A stretch of DNA of 64,000 bases, taken from the NCBI GenBank assembly GCA_043228905.1, contig JBHGNT010000015.1:8680001-8744000 (forward strand), read 5' to 3'. Both the position numbers and the translations under genes were made by a program. Below, in pieces: positions 36,196 through 47,993 of this stretch. Position 1 is the first letter of the stretch. The number at the start of each line of letters is the position of its first letter. A model generated the notes under the pieces. It ran no database searches. It had not been told where the DNA came from and was given only the letters and a program-made list of their open reading frames with translations. The DNA is from Azolla caroliniana. Lineage: Eukaryota > Plantae > Polypodiophyta.

Positions 36196-36508
36196 GGGAA
36201 AAGTACCAAGATACCCCTGGAAGTTTGTCTATTTACCAGAATGCCCCTGGAAGATCCAAATTTACCAAACTACCCCTATGTCCAAAAAAATACACTTTAT
36301 AAAGTAATTATACACTCAAATCCACAAGTCCTATTTACCAAAGATGGAAGAAATGGACCTGAACTAACCCTATTTACCAAAGATTTGAGTGTATAATTAC
36401 TTTATAAAGTGTAATTTTTTGGACATAGGGGTAGTTTGGTAAATTTGGAACTTCCAAGGGCATTCTGGTGAATAGACGAACTTCCAGGGGTATACTGGTA
36501 CTTTTCCC
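36196..36508. mobile_element. Mutator-like MITE (313 bp) with ~127-bp TIRs and a 9-bp TSD (T9)
   Basis: GGGAAAAGTACC...GGTACTTTTCCC; arms ~36196-36322 and ~36383-36508; T9 on both sides. Confidence 0.9.
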
Positions 36509-37134
36509 TTTTTTTTTCCAAAAAAAAAAAAGAATTAACATGTGGTAGAAGGGGATTTTAGAATAAGGGAATGAATGTATTGAGTATTTATACATATATT
36601 TGTCTCTAAGAGCTCCAATATGTCTAAGCAATATGGCAACAAATTGTGAAAGTGCAAGTATTGATAGAGAATAGGCATTGACAAGTAGCTACCCTAGACA
36701 AGCAACCTGTTCTTGTTAGTTTCGACAATCCAGAACAAATAAATGTGAAAAATGGGAAGTGTAAAGGTGGGAGGGACTTGGTAGCATAAGAATGGGAGAA
36801 TGTTATTAAAAGAGAAAAATTCGTTTTTGGACGACCATAAGATGCCAAGAAGGTTTAAGAAACTGGCGCTTTGTGTTTGGATTTGTAACATGTGAACCCA
36901 CTCAACAAATTCTCGACAATGGAATAATGAACGTTACAATAAAGGGGGCGGGCGACCCAAGAATGAGAATGCGAATGTGAGAGAGAGAATTTTTCTTCTT
37001 CTAAATAAAGTCACGGGGATTTGATTCAATTATAATATATAAATAAAATATGTGTTTTGGCATGATTGAATCGAATCCTCGCGACTTTACCAATCGTATC
37101 TGTGTCTGTCTTTGGCTCTTTGTGCGCGCGCGCG

Positions 37135-37139
<5 letters not shown>

Positions 37140-37166
<27 letters not shown>

Positions 37167-37366
37167 ATGGCAACGTTCCAACGACCGAACCGTTTGGACA
37201 AATGAATAACGTAGAAAAATAAATAAATAAATAAATAAATGGACGGATGTTCTACGTATTTATACATATATATCACAGGCGAATGAAGGAATACAAAGAA
37301 AGAAAGAAAGCAAGCGCGGTCTGCATCTCTCTCCCTCTACAAAATACATACATATATGTATATATG

Positions 37367-37398
<32 letters not shown>

Positions 37399-37491
37399 AC
37401 GCGAAGGTAAAGGCAAGCTTGGCAAACGTCGTCAGGGACGACGACAGCAGCAAAGGAAAGGAAAGCAAAGGAAGAGAAGTAAAAACCATAG

Positions 37492-37534
<43 letters not shown>
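37140..37534. repeat. Microsatellites (CT)n, (TA)n and (AG)n in the glucanase promoter / 5' UTR region
   Basis: Visible at ~37144-37166, ~37370-37398 and ~37496-37534. Confidence 0.85.
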
Positions 37535-37540
<6 letters not shown>

Positions 37541-37675
37541 GCTAGTCTGCACCCTTCCCTTCCCCATTCATTCTCCACTGGGTTCACGAAACCGATGACG
37601 CAGAGTCCATCTGCAGGAATAAAGAAGAAGGACAGGAAAGAGTAAGAGCTAATTAATTGATATCTGTCAAAGGCC

Positions 37676-39991
37676 ATGGGCACCATAACTTTTCGGCCAT
37701 GGGCAGCTGCCACTTTCATAGCTTTGCTTCTGCAGCTCTTGGTCTTTTCGGCAGGTAATTAAGTTAACAATCCCTTCTATTAAGTGTTAGGGCCCCTTGG
37801 TGTCGTCCTTCGTTATTTTATTATGTTAGCTTCTTCCAAATCTCGCCTGCATCAATCAATGACGTTAAGGAGGGTGGAAGCATAGAAGGAAGTTGGGTGG
37901 TTGATTAGAGCAACACTCCTCCAATCTGAAGGAGCTAGCTTAGCTGATGACGCACGCACGCACGCTTTAACTTTTATTATTATTATTATTATTATGAAAT
38001 TAGATGTAAAATAGCAAGCATTCCTGTGAAGTGCGTGCTGCTGCAGCGCATTGGCTGGCTGTGGCTGTGGCTGTAGAAACTCATTCCGCTAGGTTGGTTT
38101 GGTTGTATTTGATGTCAGATACAAGGCAGAGTATTGGAGTGAACTATGGACAACTTGGAGACAACTTGCCTTCTCCCAGTGAAGCCGTAGCGCTCATGAA
38201 AGATATGAAGATTGGGAAGGTGAAGATTTATGATGCCAACCCTTCCATCCTCAGAGAACTGGCCAACAGTGATATCAAAGTGTGCATCATGCTTCCCAAC
38301 GATCAAATCCCTCCAATTGCTGCTAATGAGAGCTTGGCTGATGCCTTTGTTCGAAACAATGTGTCGTCCTTCTACCCCCAGACAAGGATCCGGATGCTCC
38401 TGGTGGGAAACGAGGTCCTCTCTGAATCTGATGAGATGTATTGGCCCTTCCTCGTTCCAGCTATGATCAATCTTCACAAAGCCCTGAGGAGGCAGAAGGT
38501 TAGGAAAGTAAAAGTGAGTAGCCCAGTGGCCATGGATGTGCTGACCCAGGGATCCGTCTTCCCACCGTCTCAGGCTGCCTTCCGAACCAACATTGCCCAG
38601 TCTGTGATGATGCCCATGCTGCGATTCCTGCAGCACACCAATTCTCCCCTCTTTGTGGATGTTTATCCCTACCTCACATGGAAGGAACGGGGGGGGGATA
38701 CCTCCAACAACATTTCCATAGATTTCGCTCTCTTCGGGCCCAACGCCCCACCTTACAAGGATCCCATGCCCAATCATCATCATCCTCTGCTGTACCACAA
38801 TCTTCTGGACCTGGAACTGGATGCTGTGGTGACTGCCATGTCCAAGCTGGGCTACCCCAAGGTCCAGCTGACGCTCAGTGAAACTGGGTGGCCCACATTG
38901 GGAGATTTGGATGAAAGAGGTGCAAACGTATACAATGCAGCTATGTACAACAGGAGGCTTGTAAAGAAAGTGGTGGGCATGCAACAACAGGGCACTCCTC
39001 TTCGCCCCGGAACAGTTGTAGAGACCTACATATTTGCTTTATTTAACGAGAACCTGAAACCGGGGCCTGTTACAGAGCGCCACTGGGGCCTTCTCTATCC
39101 AAATGGAACCCATATATATGACATCGACCTCACAGGAGGCTACCTCAATGAATCTGACTACCACCACCAGCAGCAGTTACCACCACCACCATCGCCGCCG
39201 CCGCTTGAAGCTGAAGCTGGCAAGCTCAAGTTATGGTGCGTTGCCAACCCCCAAGCTGATGACACCACATTGGCACCTGCTCTCACCTATGCTTGTGCCC
39301 ACTTCGACTGTGCTCCCATTCAACCTCATCAATCTTGTTTTCTTCCCAACTCCACACTCTCACATGCTTCCTATGCATTCAATGGCTACTACAACAAATT
39401 CCAAAGCATCGGCGGAACTTGTGTGTTCGGTGGTGCTGCCAACTTGACTGCTCAAGATCCAAGTAAGCACCAGCCAGCCAGGCTCCTCCCCCTTCCCCTC
39501 CCTCCCTCACTTAATTAATTAATTAATTAATTAATTGTTTTCAACCCAAAACGGTACATCCATCTCTAGAGTCTAGAATAGAAAGACACATAGTTGAGAG
39601 AGAGAGAGAGAGAACTCTGCAATTGAGAATGCTATAGAGAAGTCACCTAATCTCAACCATGAAGAAAGAGAGAGAACTCTGCAAGGTCACATATCATCGT
39701 ATTCACCATTTGAATTGGTGTGTAGGGTACTATACTTTGTAGTTGGTCATGGTGATATTTTTCTTTTTAGTAAATAATGAAAGCCATTATTCATTATTTA
39801 AGAGCGAGAGAGAGAAGCGCCGAGTACTATGTACTATCTATCTGTAAACACTGCTTATTTGAGTGCGTGAGAGAGCTAATTCTATAAGATGGATGGATCT
39901 TCTGTTCTTTCAAATCTCACGACTGATTTTTGTTTTTCTGCTGAACCATCCAGGTTATGGAAACTGCACGTATGTACCCACCTTTGTGTAA
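37676..39991 (+). CDS. Glucan endo-1,3-beta-glucosidase (GH17 catalytic domain plus X8/CBM43 domain); exons 37676-37754, 38119-39462, 39954-39991
   Basis: Exon 1 encodes a signal peptide (MGTITFRPWAAATFIALLLQLLVFSA). GT-AG introns keep phase 1. Motifs IGVNYG, VGNE, SETGWP, YIFALFNEN.KPGP..ERHWGL, WCVA...YAC...C...DPS|YGNCTY. Confidence 0.93.
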
Positions 39992-41755
39992 ACACAAAAA
40001 TTATAGCCTCCACACCCCAGTTTGGTAAGAGCGGTAGGCATGGATGGCATGTCATGTCTGCGCAGCCAACAACCATTGTATGTATGTATGTATGGATGAT
40101 GATGCGCATGGGGATGGGATGGGATGGGGTGCTGCTCCTGTTGTCGTTAGTCATCATCACCATGGCGGTATGCATCTCATTCATGCCTTGTGTGTGAAGA
40201 TAAATATGGCTCTGCTCTCTCTTGCTTCCCTTGCTGGTTATGTAATGTGTACATCATATGTACACAATCATACACATATACACTTTGTTTGTTGTTGGCC
40301 GCCCCATGTTTTGTTTTTGTGCTCCCAACCGTACGCCACCCGTTCAATAAAACTTTCACATCATTCATTCATATATAATAACTGTCTTCTCTCTACTGCT
40401 CCTCCCCCTCTCGGTTTGGGGATCCATCCAATCACTGATTTGGGAATATGTTGTAGGAAATAAAAATCTGAAAAGTTATAAGTTTAAATAAATTTAAATA
40501 CAAGAACTTAAAATAGAGAGCGAGACTGACTCGGCTTTATCGAAGACTCAAGAACCTCTTAAGAATCTCTCTCTACATACAGACAGGACAGTTTTTGGGA
40601 GTTTAGAGATTTAGAACGTGAAATTACTGGTAAATGTGATATACTTTAAATAAAAGTATTGTTGTTTTAACTCTTTTCGATTTGGAGTTGGACGCATGCT
40701 AAGGCATTAATAAATAGTAATTAACATTCCGATTGGATCATTCAAATATCAAGGATAGGAAAGGACGATTGTTTCTTCAAACACGGGCAATAAAGCTACC
40801 TAGCCTAACCCTGTATTGATGATGTTAATTAAGAGTGTCTCAAAATAGTAGTCCATAAGGGACTCGAAGCATTGAAAACTCCGAAGTGATCGCAAAATCC
40901 CAAACATAATAAATCCACAAAAAGTATGAACAAGTGAATATTAATTGTGAGTTTGCCTCCTATATTACACCCCTTGTATTCATGGGTGTCAAATGCTAAG
41001 TGATATATATATATATATGCATATTGAGCAATGCAATAGAATATAATTCGTAATTACTACAAACAAGGAAATTGTTGATATGATATTTTTAACAAAAGGT
41101 TACACTAAATGTTCTAGAAAGCTCTAACTGTGTTGTTTAGTGTCCCTTCAAGTTTGGTGGCGCGAATCTCCTTTATTATCGTTTCCCCACAACCGATTAT
41201 TTAATCAAGAACCATCACTTCAGCTGTCCTCTTGCCCTTTTGATATACAAGCAAGTATTGTTTAGGGTTTACATTAACGCACTACATATAAATAAGTTGA
41301 TGTGCATACACACGTATGCGCGCGCACACACACACACACAAAATATAACGTACACATGTACACACACACACACACACACACAACATATAACGTACACATG
41401 TATATATATGTACATACATTGATTCATATATTCATACGCGGGTAGACTACAAACAAATGCAATCATTCATATATGTATGCATACACAGTCATTCATTTAT
41501 ACACATACATAGATTCATATATATTATGTCCCAAAAATACCATTAGACATAACACACAAGGAACACGCGAAACATAGGATAAAATGCTCTTAGAAAACTA
41601 TCCATAAAAAAAGGACACAAAATAGGTCGATTCACAAAAAGGATTTTTAAAATTGGCCCAAAAATATATTGATTATAGCATCTCCAAAATTATTTATAGG
41701 TCTTTCCAAAAATACCTAAATAATAGAATTCGAAACTTACAAAGAATGTTCAAAA

Positions 41756-42170
41756 TGTTAGGAAAAATCGACGAATGTAGGATTGCACACAGAGTTTTAC
41801 GTGGAAAACCCTAAAGGGAAAAACCATGGGACCCCACAGACTCCAGAACAACTCTATTACAAGATATTCACTAATGCTCTAATTTAACCACAACTGAATG
41901 CTTGAGCCTTTGTTTAAGATGTAGACGGATAACTACAACAACAGAGAGAGTATTAGAGAATGTCTTCTGCTTTTCTAGCAGCCACAACTGTTTTACCTTG
42001 CTCTTTGACTACAACACTATAACTGTTTTAACACACTATCTATATAACTAACTATTTGCCCTACCTATATTTATATTTACATACGTCTCAAGCCGGACTC
42101 GATCAACCATATGTCTCAAGCCGGACTCAATCAGTTGATGGCAGTCGGCTACATTCCGAAACTCTTAACA
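41756..42170 (-). mobile_element. Solo-type Copia LTR in reverse orientation
   Basis: TGTTAGG...CTTAACA. Contains the reverse complement of the GTGGTTTTTCCC..GGGTTTTCCACGT motif found in the Copia D LTRs. Flanks do not form a TSD. Confidence 0.7.
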
Positions 42171-43385
42171 AAGATGGACTTCTCCGAGCATTGTCGATAC
42201 AAGAAACAGACCTGAAGTCCACACTCTCTCCATTATGAGACAATAAGACAAACCCTAGAGTTCATGCACATAGATATATGTGGGCCGATGCCTGAAAGAT
42301 ATCTAGGTGGCTCCTGATACTTCATTACTTTTGTTGATGATTGTACATGGAAGGTTTGGGCCTACTCGATTAAGTCCAAAGACAAAGTGCTTGAGATCTT
42401 CGCTCGATGGCTAGTCAAAGTGGAGAATCGGTCAAGACACAGAGTGAAGACACTCCGATCCGACAACGGAGGTGATAGACCTCCCGAGCCTTCAAGCGGT
42501 ACCTAACCGACAAAGGGATCCGTCACCAAAAGACCGTTCCTTATACACTCATGCAGAATGGAGTAGTTGAACAAATCAACCGAATGATCCAAGAGAGGGT
42601 GACGATAATGCTCTAACAAGCTGGACTAAAGCTAGAGTTCTAGGCCGAGGCATTGCAGACGATCGTCTACCTGATAAACTTGTCGCCGTCAAAGGCAATA
42701 AGGCTCAAAGTGCCACATGCACTATGGTCATTCAAACAACCAACCTACTATAGGCTCCGTATATTCCGATGCGAAGCCTACGCATTTATCCCAGGGAGAA
42801 AAGGACCAAGTTGGCACCTCATGCAACGAAATGCATATTTCTCGGTTATGGAACCGATGGGGATTTCGACTATCGGCTATGGTACCCAGAAGATTGGAAA
42901 TTGATCTAAAGCAGTGACGTAGTCTTCAACAAAGACTCAATTCTCTCCATGAAGAACTATCCGAAAATAATCGGCAAAAGGATCTCCTATGACATCGACA
43001 CAATCGTCGGAGAAGGATCAATTTACCGGGTTGAATTGGAAAATCGATAGATAGTCGAAACCGACCAAATAACCGAACATACACTTCCCGACTCTAAACC
43101 AGTAGGAGGTCCACTAGTCGAACTCGAAGACAACGCCATCAACGACAAAGCCGAATCGAGAAGAGTTGAAAACGGCAAAGTTGAGAAGATGCGAGTCGGA
43201 AACGACAGAGTCGAAAGATACAAAGTCGACCCGACCGAAATACCCAAGGCAAAAGGGAAAAACAGACCCAAGTCGATTAAGTCCCCTACCTCCATGTCAA
43301 TCAATCTTGAAAACAGGGAGGATGATTCGAAGATGCCAAAATCCTATCGAAGGGGCAAATCATTCTGAAGGACTCCTGAAGACGG

Positions 43386-44059
43386 TGTTGCGGAAAATCC
43401 GCCCACGTGTGTGGAAATGGGGCGGGACCACTGGGGTCTCGGACCAAGGAGTCAATAAGGAAGAAGGCGACCTGGAACGATGTCGGAATGGCTTCGTGGG
43501 TTCGGTTTCTAGATGCGTGTACGATCCGGAACGATTCACGGAACTCAGCCAAAAGTGCATGGTCTGAAGAAGTGTATTGTTCCGGTCAGAATGCCGGACA
43601 ACGGTAATGAGCTCATGGGCCTGTGGACTCAGACAGTGCACAATAGAGACTGAACGAGAATAAGACACAACAAAACGTTCCAGGTAGCTTGTCGCATCTT
43701 TGCCATTGAACCGGCCAATCGCGCTGACTATCGCTTCTATGGCTCTGTCAAGGGTACTAGTACCCTCTTGTGCGTTTGCTATACGGTCGACAGCTGCCGC
43801 CATCACCTCTGCTAGTTCACTTCCTCTCATTTCGAACTCCTCTGCCATCCCTCTTCACGTCGGGTTCACCAAAGTTGTCATAGAAAATCCGCGCGTGTGT
43901 GTGGAAATGCGGCGGGACCACCGGGGTCTCGGACCAAGGAATTGGTAAGAGAGAAGGCAACCCGGAACGATGTCTAAACGGCTTCGCATGTTCGGTTTCT
44001 GGACGCGTGCCTGATCCGGAACGATTCCCGGAACTCGGCCGGATAGTGCATGACCAACC
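43386..44059 (-). mobile_element. tRNA-Trp-primed Gypsy fragments: LTR 43386-43672, truncated gag 43673-43848, PBS 43854-43871, partial LTR from 43876
   Basis: TTCACGTCGGGTTCACCA matches the recalled plant tRNA-Trp 3' end. gag-like IGRFNGKDATSYLE. The two LTR copies are similar. Confidence 0.75.
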
Positions 44060-44511
44060 TGTTGAGTGGCAAGCTCAACCGGATCCGGATCGGCTGAATA
44101 AGCTTGAGTCGGATCGGCATCTGGAAGGATGAAGCCGGATCGGTGAGACGGATCGGAGGGATCGGCGAGACGGTGAGCAAGTGAGCTGGTGAGTTGGGGA
44201 GCCGGTTAGCTGGAACAAACAATAACCGGAAGCCTAGTAGTAGCCTAGACTACTAGGTAGTTAATAGTCTCGTAGTTAGTGTCAGACGCTCGAGTGAGCA
44301 TCGAAGTACGCGGTACTTCTGTAAGTCCTCTTAGGACTTGTATAAATAGTGTTGTTGAGCACGTTTTATGTACAAAGAACTATTATTGCTTTGTAATAGA
44401 TTTAAGTTGTTCTGCTCTTTCTCTGTCTCTCCCGTGTACTATAAAGCTTTCCATTAAACCTGCGTGTTTTCTATGTTCGTTTTCTATTGCTTCCGCACAT
44501 AATCCTTCTCA
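44060..44511 (+). mobile_element. Copia solo LTR (family of the 33088 LTR)
   Basis: TGTTGAG...TTCTCA with TSD CAACC on both sides. Confidence 0.88.
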
Positions 44512-44516
44512 CAACC

Positions 44517-45205
44517 TCTACTTTTCCTCTAATCCGTTGACAATCTGGCTTTAATCTGGCTCTTCGCTTTCACCGGCCTCTTTGTCTTCGGTCTCTGGGT
44601 TCGGTTCTGCTTCATGCCGTATCTTGAAAGCCTTTATCCTTTTTCCTGCAATCGGTACTACTATCTTCGTCCCGTCGAGCTCCGCAAGGTGATATGTGGC
44701 GTTGTCGTTGGTGCTCTTCACCACATAAGGCCCGAACCACCGCCTCGCAAATTTCCGTGTCGACCGATGTTGATTGTTAAGGCTGCTATCGTAGACTAGC
44801 ACCCAATCACCTTCCTCGATTTTTCTTGGCCGGAATCGGTGTGTTCGGTAGAACCGGGCCTCGTTCTTCTTCCGCGCTACCTGTAGCTTTGCCTTCGCTG
44901 GTTCCAGGTCCTTCGGTGTTCGCTCAAGCTACCGGATTTGTGCTGCCAGAAACTCTTCTCTGCTCATCTCGTCTGCCCAATTGATCGCCATCCACGAAGA
45001 GATTGTCCACTCAATCGGCATGATCGGCTTCTGTCCGAACATAAGCTCCACCAACATGAACCCGGTTACCGAACTATGCACAGTTCGGTCAGCCCATAAT
45101 GCGTAAGGTAGTAGTCTTGGCCAATCCCCAACTTGTCCGTTGCACATTCGCACTAATGCTTTCACGATCAACCCATGTTCGTGTTCGACTTTCCCATTTA
45201 CCTCC
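44517..45205 (-). pseudogene. Gypsy integrase C-terminal fragment
   Basis: WPRLLPYALWADRT, KFARRWFGPYVV..YHLAELDG. Confidence 0.85.
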
Positions 45206-45277
45206 TGTAACAGAATGGGAAGCAAGAGTGATTGCAATGCAGCAAAAGAAGATTGAGTGTGTGTGTGTGTGAGGCAA

Positions 45278-45322
<45 letters not shown>

Positions 45323-47993
45323 CTTAAGGCAGAGATAGAAGGACTGTATATTAACCAAAAATACCTCAAAACATAAAACATCCAACAGTAACTAAGTTAC
45401 AATGCGTTGGTTTATATACCAACTAAGCTAGGGCAAGTGCCCTTTCTACTATTTACAAAACTAGCCCAACATGTCCATGAGGTAGTGTGAAACCTATCTA
45501 TGGGAAGTTGAGTTCGACTCTCAACATGCCCCTTCGAACACAACTTCTATCTGTCGAGAAGGTTGTTCAGTTCATACTTCGACTTGTCTAGTCGGTTATG
45601 TTGCGTATCGTTGCGTATCATTGTGTATTGCTTCCATGTCGCCTGTACTTGTACTCCCCCTCAAGTTCGGCAATGTAGATGTCGTGAGACCAAGGTTTGA
45701 TGCAAATTGCCTAAGCTTGTCGACTCCTAAGGCCTTCGTAAATATATTAGCAACTTGGAGGTGCGTACTAGTATGTTGTAGATCGATCTCACTGGCTTGT
45801 ACGCGCTCGCGGATGAAGTGGTAATGCACTTCGATATGTTTAATTCGCGCGTGGAATACAGGGTTCCATGCTAGGTAGATACTACTCATGTTGTCGCAAT
45901 AGAGACGAATTGGATCCTTCATGGGGATGCCCAGATCCTTTAGTATGCGTTTAAGCCATACGGCTTCGCATGCGGCGACTGCTGCGCCCCTATATTTTGC
46001 TTCCGTGCTCGACAGTGCGACTGCCGGCTATTTCTTGCTGCTCCAAGAGATTGCTCTGCTGCTAAGGGAGAAGACAAATCTGGAGAGGGATCGTCTATCC
46101 GCATTATAGCCTGCCCAGTCCACATCGGTGTACCCTTCGAGTCGAATAGTCATGTTCGACTTATACATGATGTTGTAAGCCATTGTCGTACTGACATACC
46201 ATAGTATCCTCTTAGCACAATCAAGATGAAGGTTTCGCGGATTCTGCATGAATTGGCTAAGTAGGCGGACCGAATAACTGAGATCGGGTCGCGTAATGGT
46301 TAGATAGATCAAACTACCGATCAGTTGTCGAGACTGAGTCGGCTCGCTCTCAGCGGTTCTGGAATTGGCATCCATCTTTAGGTTACGATCAAGAGGGGTA
46401 GACACAAGCTTGCACTCAGTCATTCTGAACTTGTAGAGTAAGTTGAGGACGTACTGCCGTTGTGAGATCATTATCCCGACTAGTGTCCGAATTACTTCGA
46501 TGCCTAGGAAGTAATGGAGTTCGTGTAGGTCTTTCATTTCGAATCTGTCGGAGAGAAGTGTTTTGACTTTGTTGATCTCGACAAGATCCTTTCCTCCGAT
46601 GACCAAGTCATCCACGTATAGGATGATGATGATCGGGCTATCTGACTCATTTCGGACGTACAGAGAAGTATCGGATTTTGACATCCGAAATCTGACTTGA
46701 TGAAGATACTGCGTGATCTTCGAATGCCAAGCACCCAATGCTTGTTTGAGGCCGTAGAGTGGCTTCTTGAGTCGGCATACGGCGTGCGGATGTTTACGCG
46801 ATTCGAATCCGGGTGGTTGTATCATGTATACCTCTTCTTCTAACTCTCCTTCGAGGAAAGCATTTTTCATGTCCATCTGGTGGAGGTGCCATCCCTTCGC
46901 TACGGCGAGTGCAATTACTGTCCGTACAGTTGTCATCTTTGCCACCGGGGTAAAGGTTTCTTCGTAGTCTATGCCATGCGTTTGCGCGGCGTAGCCTTTC
47001 GCAACGAGCTGTGCTTTGAAGCGATTTACGGATCCGTCGGCATTGTATTTTACTTTGTATATCCATCTGCAACCAATCGCTTTCTTGTTCGGGGGGAGAG
47101 GAACGAGATCCCATGTCTCATTTTTGCCTAAAGCTTCCATCTCCTCATTCATCCCGTCGACCCATCGCGGATCCTTTGCGGCTTCGGAAAGCGTTTCCAG
47201 TTCCCGTATTGATGCCACTTTCATCATAAAAGCGTAGTGATACGCCATGTACGTGTCATAACCGTAGCGGTTTACGGGGTTCTTTTCACGTGTGGATCGG
47301 CGTAGCTCTCGATCCATGGGGAGCATGGCTTTCTTCACTTCATCTATGCGTATGTCGAGATCTTCAACTTCACTGTCAAGAGAGTGAAGCATCTCGGTCT
47401 CTTCCTGATCTTCATATTCCTGCATTTTCGCCTTCCCTTTGTCTAGCTTCGGACTTGGTCGAGATGTGCTTTCATCGCTCGATGGTTCTGATGGCCCACT
47501 CAGCCGTGTAGTAATTGGGCTGTCTTCTAACATCTGTGTGAGCCGATCCTCAGGTTCTATTCCTATTTCATTGTCATCTGCGCCGAGCGGGGTTGGAGTC
47601 GAAGTATTCTCTGGTGCGTACAAGGATGCATATTCGTCGAAGACTACGTCTCGACTTGTTCGAACCTTACGGGTAGATGGGTTGTAGCATTTGTACCCCT
47701 TCTCTTTGAGTGAGTATCCTACGAGGATACATTTCTTCGACTTTGGGTCGAGCTTTTGCCGCGTATCATCGGAAATATGTACGTAGGCGATTAAACCGAA
47801 AATGCGGATATGTGACAAGTCCGTCTTCTTTCCGAAGAATTTCTCATGCGGAGTTATATCGTGTACTCCCGAGGTTGTGCACCTGTTCATGAGATATACG
47901 ACCATATTTGCCGCTTCTGCCCAATATGATTTCGGCAGGTTCTTCTCGTTCATCATGGCTCGTGCGACTTCTACTACATGTCGATTTTTACGT
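45206..47993 (-). mobile_element. Copia element F, 3' half (INT end, RT, RH, 3' LTR 45206-45526); relative of Copia A
   Basis: KLDPKSKKCILVGY, QMDMKNAFLEG, LYVDDL, LYCDNMS; PPT (reverse complement GAAGGGGCA) next to the LTR. Confidence 0.9.

Noticed and set aside
38031-38118. ORF-track start of the glucanase
   Set aside because: Intronic. The real start is the signal-peptide exon at 37676, spliced to 38119.
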